A stretch of DNA of 64,000 bases from Minisyncoccota bacterium (GCA_041659845.1 JBAZXM010000002.1:4-64003); one strand, 5' to 3'. Shown: positions 9,040 to 17,903, numbered from the stretch's first letter. Numbers and translations are program-made. Notes: a model not told the origin generated them from the letters alone.

Positions 9040-10236
9040 ATGTATATTATGTCTCTCTTTTCATCATTTTTAAAAAAGAAAAAAGAAATTGTCGCGATTT
9101 TTGATATCGGTAGCGGGAGTGTCGGTGGCGCAATAATTGAGATTGATCACACAGGCAAAGTGCCGCGGTCAAAAATTCTCTACACTACACGCGCGCAGAT
9201 TGTTCTTCAGATGAATCTCAATTTTGAGCAATTTCTATCTTCTATGCTTCGTTCACTCGCAGAAGTTACAGAAGACATTGAGAAAAAGGCTCTCGGAGCT
9301 CCTGATCGAGTACATTGCTTTCTTGCATCGCCATGGTATGGGTCACAGACGCGTGTTGTGACTTATTCGAAAAACACAGATTTTATCGTAACGGAAAAAA
9401 TCCTGAATAATTTGATGGAAAAAGAAATTAAGGCTTTTGAGCAAGATGAACTTAAAAAGTATACCGGTCTCGGTACTCACGCCCGTATTATCGAGCATCA
9501 AAATATTAAAGTCTCTATGAATGGGTATATGACCGCATCTCCTGTCGGTAAAAAAGCACGCAGTCTCGAGCTTGTTCTTTTTGTCAGTATGAGTCCGGAA
9601 AATGTTCTTCGCGCTATTGAAAAAAGTATTAAAAATAAATTCTCAATATCTAAGATCAGATTTTCTTCATTTATCTTCGCCTCATTCATTGTTGCGCGTG
9701 ACGCATTCATCGGGCAGAAAAATTTCCTTTTGCTCGATATCGGCGGGGAAATCACAGATGTTGCAATTGTGAAGAATGAAGTCATTGTCGAATCACTCTC
9801 TTTTCCATTGGGGAAAAACTTTCTGATTCGCCGAATTGCTTCACTTTTAAATGTTACTCCGGCAAATGCGCTACCATTGCTTAAACTATACATTTCAAGC
9901 CAACTCGAGGAGACGGTCATGCTCAAGTTCTCCGGTACATTGCAAAAAGCCAGGATTGAGTGGTTGACGCATTTCCAGAATGCCCTAGCTGCAGTTTCAA
10001 GCGATTTATATCTTCCAGACAATATCTTTATGACGGTTGATTCTGACGTGGCTTCTTGGTTTTCCGATTCAATCAAAAAGGAGGAGTATAATCAATACAC
10101 ACTCACGGAAAGGCAGTTTAATGTTATAGTATTAGAAGAGAGTCCGCTCGGGGACGATGTGGATTTTGCCCCAGGGGCAGAGAGAGATCAATTTCTTATG
10201 ATCGAAGCGATTTGTGCCGTTAAACTTTCAAATTAA
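9040..10236 (+). CDS. actin-like ATPase fold protein (FtsA/PilM-like)
   Basis: N-terminal IVAIFDIGSGSVGGAIIE phosphate-1-like motif, and ..LLLDIGGEITDVAIV.. phosphate-2-like motif. The family assignment is tentative. Confidence 0.4.
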   Translation: MYIMSLFSSFLKKKKEIVAIFDIGSGSVGGAIIEIDHTGKVPRSKILYTTRAQIVLQMNLNFEQFLSSMLRSLAEVTEDIEKKALGAPDRVHCFLASPWYGSQTRVVTYSKNTDFIVTEKILNNLMEKEIKAFEQDELKKYTGLGTHARIIEHQNIKVSMNGYMTASPVGKKARSLELVLFVSMSPENVLRAIEKSIKNKFSISKIRFSSFIFASFIVARDAFIGQKNFLLLDIGGEITDVAIVKNEVIVESLSFPLGKNFLIRRIASLLNVTPANALPLLKLYISSQLEETVMLKFSGTLQKARIEWLTHFQNALAAVSSDLYLPDNIFMTVDSDVASWFSDSIKKEEYNQYTLTERQFNVIVLEESPLGDDVDFAPGAERDQFLMIEAICAVKLSN

Positions 10237-10246
10237 TTTTTTAATC

Positions 10247-11566
10247 ATGCCTAAAAAAAATTTTCTTCAAGACATTGTTAGAATGTCATCTCCAGATAAA
10301 GGATCACCTCCTTCTTCGAAGCTGCCTAACAAAATCACTGATAACCCGATTGAATCGTTGGTGATTATTTCTCCACCTGTTTCTATCCACAAAGAAAATA
10401 TGATAGATGAACCACCTCGCCAACATCGCGCAATATGGGGACTCGCAATATTCTCAATAATATCTTTATTTTTTGCACTCTCTTTTCTTTTTTCTGGTGC
10501 TAAAGTCACTGTCGTGCCTAAAATTGAAACATTTTTACTCGATGATACATTTTCTGCCAAGCGTAATCCAAGTGAAGGCGATATTCCATTCCAGTTAATG
10601 GCACTAAAAGGTGAAGAGACGAAAAATATCACCGGTACCGGAACAAAGGCTGTAGAGCAAAAAGCAACGGGCCGCGTAGTCATTTATAATTCATACAGTT
10701 CATCACCACAAAGGCTTTTGATAAATACTCGCCTTGAATCACCAATAGGGAAAATTTATAAAACTCTTACTCCGACAACAGTCCCGGGTATGACCATAAA
10801 AGATGGGCAGCAGGTTCCTGGATCAGTCGAAGTGACCATAGTTGCCGATGCCTCAGGAGAGGAATATAACAGTCCAATGACTGATTTTACTATCGTTGGG
10901 TTTAAGGGAAATCCTAAATATCAGAAATTCTATGCTCGTTCTAAAACTGACATCACTGGTGGATTCAAGGGAACTATCGGTATTATTGACGATAAGGACA
11001 AATCTGATGCCGCTATCGAACTCAAACAAACTCTCAAGGATAAATTGATTAAACAGGCGCGTGCTCAGATCCCAGATGGCTTCATTCTATACGATGAGGC
11101 GACTATTCTCAGTCCTTCGAATTCTGAGCCGACTATCGGGAAGATGGCAAATGATGGCCTGGTTCCAATGACTGAAGAAGCTACCCTTTACGCATTTTTA
11201 TTACCCGAACAAGCACTGACAAAAAAAATCGCTGAAAACGGAATCAGTCAATTTGATGATAGTTCTGTTTACATAGAGGAACTGAAAAATATCACTTTCG
11301 TTCTTGATAATAAAGAAACCATTGTTCCAGAGGATGCATCTCAAATCTCGTTCAAGCTTTCAAGCGATGTGCATGTCATATGGAATGTCGACCAAGATAA
11401 GCTTACAAATGATCTAGTGGGTACGTATAAAAAAGATTTCCAGAAAATATTATCGAATTATAAAAATATCGACTCGGCTGAAGTCACCGTCCGTCCGTTC
11501 TGGAAACGAACAATTCCCGATGATAAGAAAAAGATCACGATTATAATCAAAACGAGCAAGAATTAA
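10247..11566 (+). CDS. hypothetical membrane-anchored protein (Pro-rich N-terminus, one TM, large extracytoplasmic domain)
   Basis: TM helix AIWGLAIFSIISLFFALSFLFSGA. The start is chosen at M12 to avoid overlap. Confidence 0.45.
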   Translation: MPKKNFLQDIVRMSSPDKGSPPSSKLPNKITDNPIESLVIISPPVSIHKENMIDEPPRQHRAIWGLAIFSIISLFFALSFLFSGAKVTVVPKIETFLLDDTFSAKRNPSEGDIPFQLMALKGEETKNITGTGTKAVEQKATGRVVIYNSYSSSPQRLLINTRLESPIGKIYKTLTPTTVPGMTIKDGQQVPGSVEVTIVADASGEEYNSPMTDFTIVGFKGNPKYQKFYARSKTDITGGFKGTIGIIDDKDKSDAAIELKQTLKDKLIKQARAQIPDGFILYDEATILSPSNSEPTIGKMANDGLVPMTEEATLYAFLLPEQALTKKIAENGISQFDDSSVYIEELKNITFVLDNKETIVPEDASQISFKLSSDVHVIWNVDQDKLTNDLVGTYKKDFQKILSNYKNIDSAEVTVRPFWKRTIPDDKKKITIIIKTSKN

Positions 11567-11609
11567 TTGACGCAATCATTTTTTTTTGTTAGGATAAAAA
11601 GGTTCACTA

Positions 11610-11831
11610 ATGATTGAAAAAAATAAAGAAAAAAATACAGCCATGGGTGTAGTAACGGAAGCACTACCAAATACTCTTTTCAGAGTAGAACTCAATGGAG
11701 AAGAGAACAAGACTCTCGCGTACCTTTCCGGAAAAATGCGGATGAACCGAATCAAGGTGTTGGTAGGTGATAAGGTTGAGGTTCTAATTGATCCATATGG
11801 AGGTAAGGGCCGCATATTGAAACGCCTTTAA
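11610..11831 (+). CDS. infA: translation initiation factor IF-1
   Basis: [57 protein letters not shown]. Confidence 0.85.
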   Translation: MIEKNKEKNTAMGVVTEALPNTLFRVELNGEENKTLAYLSGKMRMNRIKVLVGDKVEVLIDPYGGKGRILKRL

Positions 11832-11917
11832 ACTACTTTTCCTAAAGGCTCTCTTGTGTTCTCTTTAGTAATATGTTAGCATGGTGTTCTCTGGTTTATT
11901 GTAAGTTTATTCAAATA

Positions 11918-11942
11918 TTAAGGGCTTAAACCCTTAATTTTT
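11918..11942 (+). terminator. rho-independent terminator after infA
   Basis: TTAAGGG-cttaaa-CCCTTAA-TTTTT. Confidence 0.65.
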
Positions 11943-11968
11943 GACTTAGAAATTAATTTTAATATAAA
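11941..11968 (+). promoter_or_regulatory. sigma70-like promoter for the rpmJ-rpsM-rpsK-rpsD-rpoA-rplQ operon
   Basis: -35 TTGACT, a 16-nt spacer, -10 TATAAA, then an AAGGG RBS and the rpmJ ATG at 11977. Confidence 0.45.
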
Positions 11969-11976
11969 GGGTTTAT

Positions 11977-12087
11977 ATGAAAGTTCGCGCTGCTGTTAAA
12001 AAAATGTGTGAAAAATGTAAAATGGTCAAGCGAAAGGGCCACCTCCGCGTTATTTGTGTGAACCCGAAACATAAGCAAAAACAATAA
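11977..12087 (+). CDS. rpmJ: 50S ribosomal protein L36
   Basis: Translates as [36 protein letters not shown]. It is absent from the ORF track (under 60 aa) but unmistakable. Confidence 0.9.
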   Translation: MKVRAAVKKMCEKCKMVKRKGHLRVICVNPKHKQKQ

Positions 12088-12092
12088 TTATT

Positions 12093-12473
12093 ATGAGAAT
12101 TCTCGGTATCAACATCCCAAATGAAAAGAGGCTTGAAATTGGCTTGACTGCCCTCTACGGTATCGGCATTTCCCGTGCGCGAAAAATCCTAAATGATGTC
12201 AAAATTGAACACAGCACCAAAGCGAAGGATCTTTCCGTCGACGAAGAAAACAAGATTCGTAAAGTCATCGAAGAGATGAAAATTGAAGGAAACCTAAAAC
12301 GCGAAGTCGCAGCAAACGTTAAACGTTTGAAAGACATCAAAGCATACCGAGGAATCCGCCACATGAGAAAGCTCCCAGTCCGAGGCCAGCGCACAAAGAC
12401 TAATTCTCGTACCGTTCGTGGCAATGTCAGAAAGACGATGGGATCCGGACGACGCAAGGAATCAAAGACATAA
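12093..12473 (+). CDS. rpsM: 30S ribosomal protein S13
   Basis: MRILGINIPNEKRLEIGLTALYGIGISRARKIL.. Confidence 0.9.
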   Translation: MRILGINIPNEKRLEIGLTALYGIGISRARKILNDVKIEHSTKAKDLSVDEENKIRKVIEEMKIEGNLKREVAANVKRLKDIKAYRGIRHMRKLPVRGQRTKTNSRTVRGNVRKTMGSGRRKESKT

Positions 12474-12501
12474 TAATCACAAAAACTACTAAAATAATAT
12501 C

Positions 12502-12936
12502 ATGGGTAAAAAAAGAATTATAAAAAAAGAAGGGGGCAGCGTAAACAGCGAGATGAAAGCTCGCTCACTTGCGCGTGTCCCGAAGAAAAAGATTACTTCC
12601 GGAACCCTTCATATCGAAGCGACTTTCAACAACACTAAAGTCGTTTTTTCTGATCAACAGGGTAATACACTCTTTTGGTCTTCAGCTGGTTCACTCGGAT
12701 TCAAGGGGGCAAAGAAGGGCACACCATTCGCAGCTTCTAAGGTTGGCGATTTGATCGGTGAAAAGGCTCAGACTCTTGGCATTAAAGAAGCTGATGTAGT
12801 GATCAAAGGCGTTGGTTCCGGCCGTGAGCCTGTGGTGCGAGCATTTATGGCTCGAGGTATCGAGATTACTGGTGTTAAAGACCAAACTCCGATTCCGCAC
12901 AACGGTCCTAAGCCTAAGAAACCTCGTCGAGTATAA
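12502..12936 (+). CDS. rpsK: 30S ribosomal protein S11
   Basis: ..VVFSDQQGNTLFWSSAGSLGFKGAKKGTPFAA.. Confidence 0.9.
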   Translation: MGKKRIIKKEGGSVNSEMKARSLARVPKKKITSGTLHIEATFNNTKVVFSDQQGNTLFWSSAGSLGFKGAKKGTPFAASKVGDLIGEKAQTLGIKEADVVIKGVGSGREPVVRAFMARGIEITGVKDQTPIPHNGPKPKKPRRV

Positions 12937-12953
12937 TAATTTTTAAATTTTTT

Positions 12954-13559
12954 ATGATTATCAAGTCAAAATATAAAATCTGCCGACGTCTCGGTCCTAT
13001 CTATGAAAAGTGTCAAACTCAGAAGTTTGTGCTTTCAAGCGGACGAAAAGCAAAAGCCACAAAAGGCAAGCGCCCGAAACAGCTTTCTGACTTCGGTGCG
13101 CAGTTGATAGAGAAGCAGAAAATTCGCTTCAGCTACGGCATGTCGGAAAAGCAGTTTTCTAACTATGTTAAAGAAGCTGAAACAACAAAGGGTATGGCTA
13201 TCGCTGATAAACTTTTTGAACTATTAGAAACTCGTCTCGACAATGTCGTTTATCGTCTCGGTCTTGCCAACACACGCGCTCTTGCCCGACAGATGGTTTC
13301 TCACGGTCACTTTACAGTCAATGGTAAAAAGACAACAGTCCCTTCATATCATGTACGAGCAGGCGATATAATTTCCGCCCGCGAGGGAAGCAGAAAGAGT
13401 GTCCTCTTCGCTGATATCGAGAAGAAGCTGAAAAATTACAGTATTCCGGCATGGCTTTCATTTGATGCTGTAAAGATTGAAGCGGCTGTGAAAGAAAAAC
13501 CAAAGAATACCGAGACTTTCCTTGATTTCAATACCGTTCTCGAATATTACAGCCGATAA
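12954..13559 (+). CDS. rpsD: 30S ribosomal protein S4
   Basis: KYKICRRLGP.. N-terminus and an S4 RNA-binding domain. Confidence 0.9.
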   Translation: MIIKSKYKICRRLGPIYEKCQTQKFVLSSGRKAKATKGKRPKQLSDFGAQLIEKQKIRFSYGMSEKQFSNYVKEAETTKGMAIADKLFELLETRLDNVVYRLGLANTRALARQMVSHGHFTVNGKKTTVPSYHVRAGDIISAREGSRKSVLFADIEKKLKNYSIPAWLSFDAVKIEAAVKEKPKNTETFLDFNTVLEYYSR

Positions 13560-13608
13560 AAATTATTTATTATTTACGTCGATTTTATTAAAGTAACCTA
13601 AAAAATAT

Positions 13609-14595
13609 ATGTCCAATCACAACATTATTTTGCCATCAAAACCTCGTGTAGTTTCTGAAGAAGAAATGAAAGGGGTATACGAAATAGACGGTTTGTATCC
13701 AGGGTATGGCCACACCTTGGGTAATTCACTTCGCCGCATCATCCTTTCATCCCTCCCAGGAGCAGCGATTACTTCGGTAAAGATCGACGGTGTTTCTCAC
13801 GAATTTTCAGTCGTAGACGGAATCAAAGAAGACGTTATAACTATGCTTCTTCATTTGAAACAGGTTAGATTTAAAATGTCATCTGATGAGCCTCAGGTTG
13901 TTACACTTTCAGTTAAAGGTCCAAAGCTAGTCACTGCTGGTGATATCAAAACAGGTGGACAAGTAGAAGTACTTAATCCTGAATTGTATATCGTTGAAGT
14001 TACAGACAAAAACACTCATTTCAACATTGAAATGACTATTGAAAAAGGCCTTGGTTTCGTACCAAAGGATGTACATCAGAAAGGCAAAGTCGATATCGGT
14101 ACTATTGCTCTTGATGCAATATTTACACCGATCCGTCGCGTCAGCTACGAAGTTGAGAATATGCGCGTGGGCGACAAGACTAACCACAATCGCCTTCGCA
14201 TGATTATCGAAACTGATGGAACTATTTCCCCTCGCGAAGCCCTTGAAACGTCTATAAAGACAATGATAGAACAACTAGGATCAATTCTTGATTTTAAAGT
14301 TGATATCGCTTCAGAAATGGTTTCTTCTCCAGAAGTTGAAGAAGAGACGGGTGAGATGATGGCTGAAATGGATGAAAAGAAATCAGACGAAATTGCTGAT
14401 ATTCTAAAGACTCGCATCGATACTCTCGATCTCTCAACTCGTACTCTGAATGCTCTCTCAGCTGCAAATATCCGCACCGTCGGAGGTGTTGCCCGCAAAA
14501 AGAGTGAAGACCTTCTTGAGCTTGCTGGTATGGGTGAGAAGGGTATACAGGAAATCAAACGCGCACTTTCTAATTTCGGTATTACGTTAAAGTAA
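13609..14595 (+). CDS. rpoA: DNA-directed RNA polymerase alpha subunit
   Basis: Typical RpoA N-terminal domain (..GYGHTLGNSLRRILLSS..) and an alpha-CTD (..RTLNALSAANIRTVGGV..). Confidence 0.9.
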   Translation: MSNHNIILPSKPRVVSEEEMKGVYEIDGLYPGYGHTLGNSLRRIILSSLPGAAITSVKIDGVSHEFSVVDGIKEDVITMLLHLKQVRFKMSSDEPQVVTLSVKGPKLVTAGDIKTGGQVEVLNPELYIVEVTDKNTHFNIEMTIEKGLGFVPKDVHQKGKVDIGTIALDAIFTPIRRVSYEVENMRVGDKTNHNRLRMIIETDGTISPREALETSIKTMIEQLGSILDFKVDIASEMVSSPEVEEETGEMMAEMDEKKSDEIADILKTRIDTLDLSTRTLNALSAANIRTVGGVARKKSEDLLELAGMGEKGIQEIKRALSNFGITLK

Positions 14596-14617
14596 GTTAT
14601 CAGATTTAATCATTCCT

Positions 14618-14971
14618 ATGAGACACAACAATACAGTTCGAAAATTTGGCAGAAAAACAAACGTGAGAAACGCGCTTATTAAATCTCTTGCACTCTCGCT
14701 TATTATCCATGACCGAATTACTACGACTGAAGCAAAGGCAAAAGAGCTTCGTCCTTTTGTTGAGAAGCTCGTAACTACGGCTAAAAAGGGTGATCTTGCT
14801 TCCAAGCGTATGGTAGTGTCTCGCTTGATTAATCGAAAGCCGGAAGCAAAAAAGCTTATTGATGAAATCGCGCCGAAATATGCTGATCGTAAAGGAGGCT
14901 ACACACGAGTGCTCAAGCTCCCTCGCCGATTATCAGATGGCAGTCCGATGGCAATCATCGAATTTGTATAA
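14618..14971 (+). CDS. rplQ: 50S ribosomal protein L17
   Basis: MRHNNTVRKFGRKTNVRNALIKSLA.. Confidence 0.9.
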   Translation: MRHNNTVRKFGRKTNVRNALIKSLALSLIIHDRITTTEAKAKELRPFVEKLVTTAKKGDLASKRMVVSRLINRKPEAKKLIDEIAPKYADRKGGYTRVLKLPRRLSDGSPMAIIEFV

Positions 14972-15000
14972 TTATTGAAAATACGCTAGTATAAAAGTCC

Positions 15001-15345
15001 ATGACACACACAATTGACGCAAAAGGAAAAGCAATCGGCAGAGTCGCAAGCGAAGCGGCGATAATTTTGATGGGTAAAAACGAAACCGATTTCGCGAAGA
15101 ATGTCGTTTCTAAGAATAAAGTTATCATCATAAATGCATCAAAGGCTAAAATCTCTGCAAAAAAGCTTACTGAGGTGGAATACGAGCGTTACTCTGGCTA
15201 CCCAGGCGGCTTAACAAAGCAGAAAATGGGTGATGTGATCTACAAGAAGGGCTACGGCGAACTATTTAAAATGGCGGTCAACGGCATGCTTCCGAAGAAC
15301 AAGCTTCAGAGCCTTATGATGAAGAATTTAACTATTACCGAATAA
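15001..15345 (+). CDS. rplM: 50S ribosomal protein L13
   Basis: IDAKGKAIGRVASEAAIILMGKN.. Confidence 0.85.
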   Translation: MTHTIDAKGKAIGRVASEAAIILMGKNETDFAKNVVSKNKVIIINASKAKISAKKLTEVEYERYSGYPGGLTKQKMGDVIYKKGYGELFKMAVNGMLPKNKLQSLMMKNLTITE

Positions 15346-15346
15346 T

Positions 15347-15763
15347 ATGGAAAAAACAGTAAAAAAAGCAAAAGGAGGATACATTGAGGCTGTCGGACGA
15401 CGCAAGACTTCAACTGCGCGCGTACGCATCACCGAGGCTGCAAAGCAGACCTTCTCGGTGAATGACAAAGATGCTGAAAAGTATTTCATGACGAAAGACC
15501 TTTACAATACTGTCGTTGCTCCTTTTGAGAAATCAAAATTAGAGGTACATTTTATAATCACTGCAAAAGTTTCAGGTGGAGGAATCCATTCTCAAGCTGA
15601 AGCTGTACGACACGGTATCTCACGAGCACTTTTAATTTTCGATACTGAACTCCACGACAATCTTAAAAAGTCTGGTTTCCTCAAGCGTGATCCTCGAGCG
15701 AAAGAGCGTCGCAAGTTTGGTCTCAAGAAAGCTCGTAAAGCTCCACAGTGGTCTAAGCGTTAA
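15347..15763 (+). CDS. rpsI: 30S ribosomal protein S9
   Basis: ..GGGIHSQAEAVRHGISRALL.. with C-terminal ..PQWSKR. Confidence 0.9.
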   Translation: MEKTVKKAKGGYIEAVGRRKTSTARVRITEAAKQTFSVNDKDAEKYFMTKDLYNTVVAPFEKSKLEVHFIITAKVSGGGIHSQAEAVRHGISRALLIFDTELHDNLKKSGFLKRDPRAKERRKFGLKKARKAPQWSKR

Positions 15764-15770
15764 TTTACTC

Positions 15771-15806
15771 AAAAAAATCCCAATCAATCGATTGGGATTT
15801 TTTTAT
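15771..15806 (+). terminator. rho-independent terminator after rpsI
   Basis: AAATCCCAATC-aatc-GATTGGGATTTTTTTA. Confidence 0.7.
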
Positions 15807-15842
15807 CATCTACAAGATTCGCCATGGCGAATCTTGTAGATG
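15807..15842. repeat. perfect 36-bp palindrome CATCTACAAGATTCGCCATGGCGAATCTTGTAGATG (family member 1)
   Basis: Direct read. The reverse complement is identical. It lies immediately downstream of the rpsI terminator. Confidence 0.9.
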
Positions 15843-15863
15843 TGGTTTTAGGTTTATATTTTT

Positions 15864-15879
15864 CGTGCTAGACTGTTTC
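15864..15879 (+). promoter_or_regulatory. extended -10-like promoter motif CGTGCTAGACTGTTT upstream of the small zinc-ribbon ORF
   Basis: TGnTAGAcT. An almost identical GTGCTAGAATGTTT occurs at 30763-30777. Confidence 0.35.
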
Positions 15880-15899
15880 AGAAATAAAAAATTTAAATA

Positions 15900-16097
15900 A
15901 TGGAAAAAGATTTTTTCTTATCGCGACAGAGCGAACCGCTAGTACAAATGAGGTATGTATGTACAGATTGCGGAAATGAAAAAATCCGCTTCCAAAAGTT
16001 ACCTAGCGAACAAAATTCTGATTTCAGAAGATTTTGCCCAGTATGTAAAAAGGTCACGGAGCATACTCAGTACCTACCCAAACCACCCATAAAATAG
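15900..16097 (+). CDS. small zinc-ribbon protein (CxxC..CxxC)
   Basis: CTDCGNEKIRF...CPVCKKVTEH, and a terminator follows. Confidence 0.45.
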   Translation: MEKDFFLSRQSEPLVQMRYVCTDCGNEKIRFQKLPSEQNSDFRRFCPVCKKVTEHTQYLPKPPIK

Positions 16098-16110
16098 GGT
16101 GGTTTTATAT
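16079..16110 (+). terminator. rho-independent terminator
   Basis: AACCACCC-ataaaata-GGGTGGTTTTAT. Confidence 0.6.
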
Positions 16111-16207
16111 TGACAAATCAATCAATTAATGTAATGATGAGCTTGCTAAATAAATTAGCGACTGTTTCGGCAGGAAAATCCGAAGTTCTTTTTTAAAATC
16201 TAGTGTT

Positions 16208-16471
16208 ATGAGATATATACCCATTTCTTTAGTGCTTATATTATTTAGTCTATTTATTCATTGGGGTTCTGAGCGAGCCGATAAAATTTTTGATGAACAG
16301 ACATCTGCAAGAGTTGTTTCTGAAAATTCTGAAACCATTACCTTTAAGCAAGGCTTTGGGGGTGATCGTTGGGACAACAGAAATGAATTTATAAAGGAAG
16401 AATATTGGACTGTTAGCAAAAAAAAGCACGGGGAATACCTTGTGTTAATAGCTGCAACAAACAAAATGTAG
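16208..16471 (+). CDS. hypothetical small secreted or membrane protein
   Basis: N-terminal hydrophobic segment IPISLVLILFSLFIHWG. Confidence 0.4.
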   Translation: MRYIPISLVLILFSLFIHWGSERADKIFDEQTSARVVSENSETITFKQGFGGDRWDNRNEFIKEEYWTVSKKKHGEYLVLIAATNKM

Positions 16472-16487
16472 ACCTTGTAATTAAGGG

Positions 16488-16517
16488 AAAAAGCCGTTTC
16501 GATAGAAGCGGCTTTTT
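16488..16517. terminator. bidirectional terminator between convergent genes
   Basis: AAAAAGCCG-tttcgatagaa-CGGCTTTTT. Confidence 0.65.
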
Positions 16518-17166
16518 ATATCACCCCAAACTGTTTCAAGATTGATTCTGAAGTTTCATGGTCGAGGTCGTTTGTGTTGAAGGTAATGATTCGCCCTTCT
16601 GGGAATTCTTCTTGCAGGCGATTGGTTATATGAGGGAATGGATAGATGGTGACATATGCTCCGGTAGCGAAGGGGATGAAGCGAGCCTTTTTTAATATAT
16701 AGCGAACACGCTCGCGATCTGATTTTTCATCTTCCGAGAAATTTAAAATTACAATTTGGAAAACTCCATTCCAAGAGAGGGGAATCATTGCTTTTTCTTC
16801 TGTGAAGAGCGCTTCTTCTAATTTTTTAAATCCCTCGGGTGTCAACTTCGCGTAGTTTGTTTTTTCCTGGCCTTCGATCATCAGCATTCCGCCTTCCGTC
16901 ATTTTCTTGATTGTGCGGTTAATGACATACGATGGTTTGGTTTTCCTATCTGCAAAAGAATTTTCATTACCGAGCATTTTTTCAACCTCCGGAACGAGGT
17001 CTTCAATGCTCATACGTTTTCCGATAGATACTGCTCGCAGGATAAAATATTGTACCGGCTGGCGTTCAGCTTTCCCCAAAGGACTTTCCTTTGGGGGCAC
17101 AAAGGAAAGTCCTTTGGGAGATTTCTTAGCCTTTTTTATGCTCAGCTTTTTGGGGATTCTTGACAT
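16516..17166 (-). CDS. putative winged-HTH transcriptional regulator, divergent from grpE-dnaK-dnaJ
   Basis: A wHTH-like stretch (YFILRAVSIGKRMSIEDLVPEVEKMLG...SYVINRTIKKMTEGGMLMIEG) and a Lys-rich N-terminus whose codons form a 44-bp palindrome. The start is uncertain. Confidence 0.45.
   Translation of the reverse strand: MSRIPKKLSIKKAKKSPKGLSFVPPKESPLGKAERQPVQYFILRAVSIGKRMSIEDLVPEVEKMLGNENSFADRKTKPSYVINRTIKKMTEGGMLMIEGQEKTNYAKLTPEGFKKLEEALFTEEKAMIPLSWNGVFQIVILNFSEDEKSDRERVRYILKKARFIPFATGAYVTIYPFPHITNRLQEEFPEGRIITFNTNDLDHETSESILKQFGVI
17075..17118. repeat. 44-bp near-perfect palindrome CCCAAAGGACTTTCCTTTGGGGGCACAAAGGAAAGTCCTTTGGG
   Basis: Direct read. Each arm contains its own CAAAGG-N6-CCTTTGG sub-palindrome. 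It lies at the 5' end, or just upstream, of the divergent regulator gene. Confidence 0.85.
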
Positions 17167-17192
17167 ACCCCAATCCTAGCATGTATATTGTC

Positions 17193-17232
17193 TTTGACAA
17201 GTTTTTCGCATGTGCAAAATACTTGTCAAAAG
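17193..17232. promoter_or_regulatory. inverted-repeat operator candidate TTTGACAAGT-N18-ACTTGTCAAA in the grpE promoter region
   Basis: Perfect 10-bp arms. It overlaps -35-like hexamers, with a TATATAAT -10 at 17243-17250 and the grpE ATG at 17257. Confidence 0.5.
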
Positions 17233-17256
17233 ATTTTAAACCTATATAATAGTCCT

Positions 17257-17838
17257 ATGTTAAACAATGATGACCAGATTGAAGACGAAATTGTCGAAGA
17301 ACCGGAACTTTCTTACGAAGAATCCTCTGAAGATGGCGAAGAGTCGAGTACGAAGGATAAGCTGAAAGACCTTCGTGAAAAGCTCAAAAAATGCGTAGCC
17401 GAAAAACAAGAATATCTCACTGGCTGGCAGAAAGAAAGAGCAGACTTCGTTAATTTCAAATCCGAAGAAGACAAGCGCAAAGCTGAGCTTGTCACTTATA
17501 CGAAAGAAAAGACAATTCACGAATTTCTTGGAGTCCTCGATAGTTTCGATATGGCATTCGCCAACAAAGAAGCCTGGGAAAAAGTAGACAAGAATTGGCG
17601 CATAGGAGTGGAATACATTTATGCGCAATTCCTCGGAGTTCTCGGAGATCACGGCGTGAAGCAGATCAATGAAATCGATGTAGAATTCAATCCTGAATTT
17701 CATCAATCACTGGAGACTGTAGATACGACTGATGAAAAGAAAGATCATCTCGTTGCCGAAGTTATTCAGAAAGGCTACATCATGAATGACAAAGTAATCC
17801 GACCAGCGAGAGTGCATATTTATCATTATAAACAATAA
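17257..17838 (+). CDS. grpE: nucleotide exchange factor GrpE
   Basis: ..[27 protein letters not shown].. is the GrpE signature, and dnaK follows downstream. Confidence 0.85.
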   Translation: MLNNDDQIEDEIVEEPELSYEESSEDGEESSTKDKLKDLREKLKKCVAEKQEYLTGWQKERADFVNFKSEEDKRKAELVTYTKEKTIHEFLGVLDSFDMAFANKEAWEKVDKNWRIGVEYIYAQFLGVLGDHGVKQINEIDVEFNPEFHQSLETVDTTDEKKDHLVAEVIQKGYIMNDKVIRPARVHIYHYKQ

Positions 17839-17903
17839 TTAATTTTTTAAAATTACGCCGCGTTTCAATGGACGTTACGCGGCATGATTTCGCAAAATCA
17901 CAT

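Noticed and set aside
11832-11976. tRNA or small RNA in the larger intergenic regions (11832-11976, 33246-33480, 49685-49927, 30639-30809)
   Set aside because: I see no cloverleaf-compatible stems and no conserved tRNA boxes (GTTC-type T-loop context with matching acceptor stems). These regions contain only terminator hairpins and promoter-like elements.
17160-17260. CIRCE (HrcA) or HAIR (HspR) element upstream of grpE-dnaK
   Set aside because: There is no match to TTAGCACTC-N9-GAGTGCTAA or CTTGAGT-N7-ACTCAAG. The inverted repeat present, TTTGACAAGT-N18-ACTTGTCAAA, is different, so I did not call HrcA- or HspR-type regulation.
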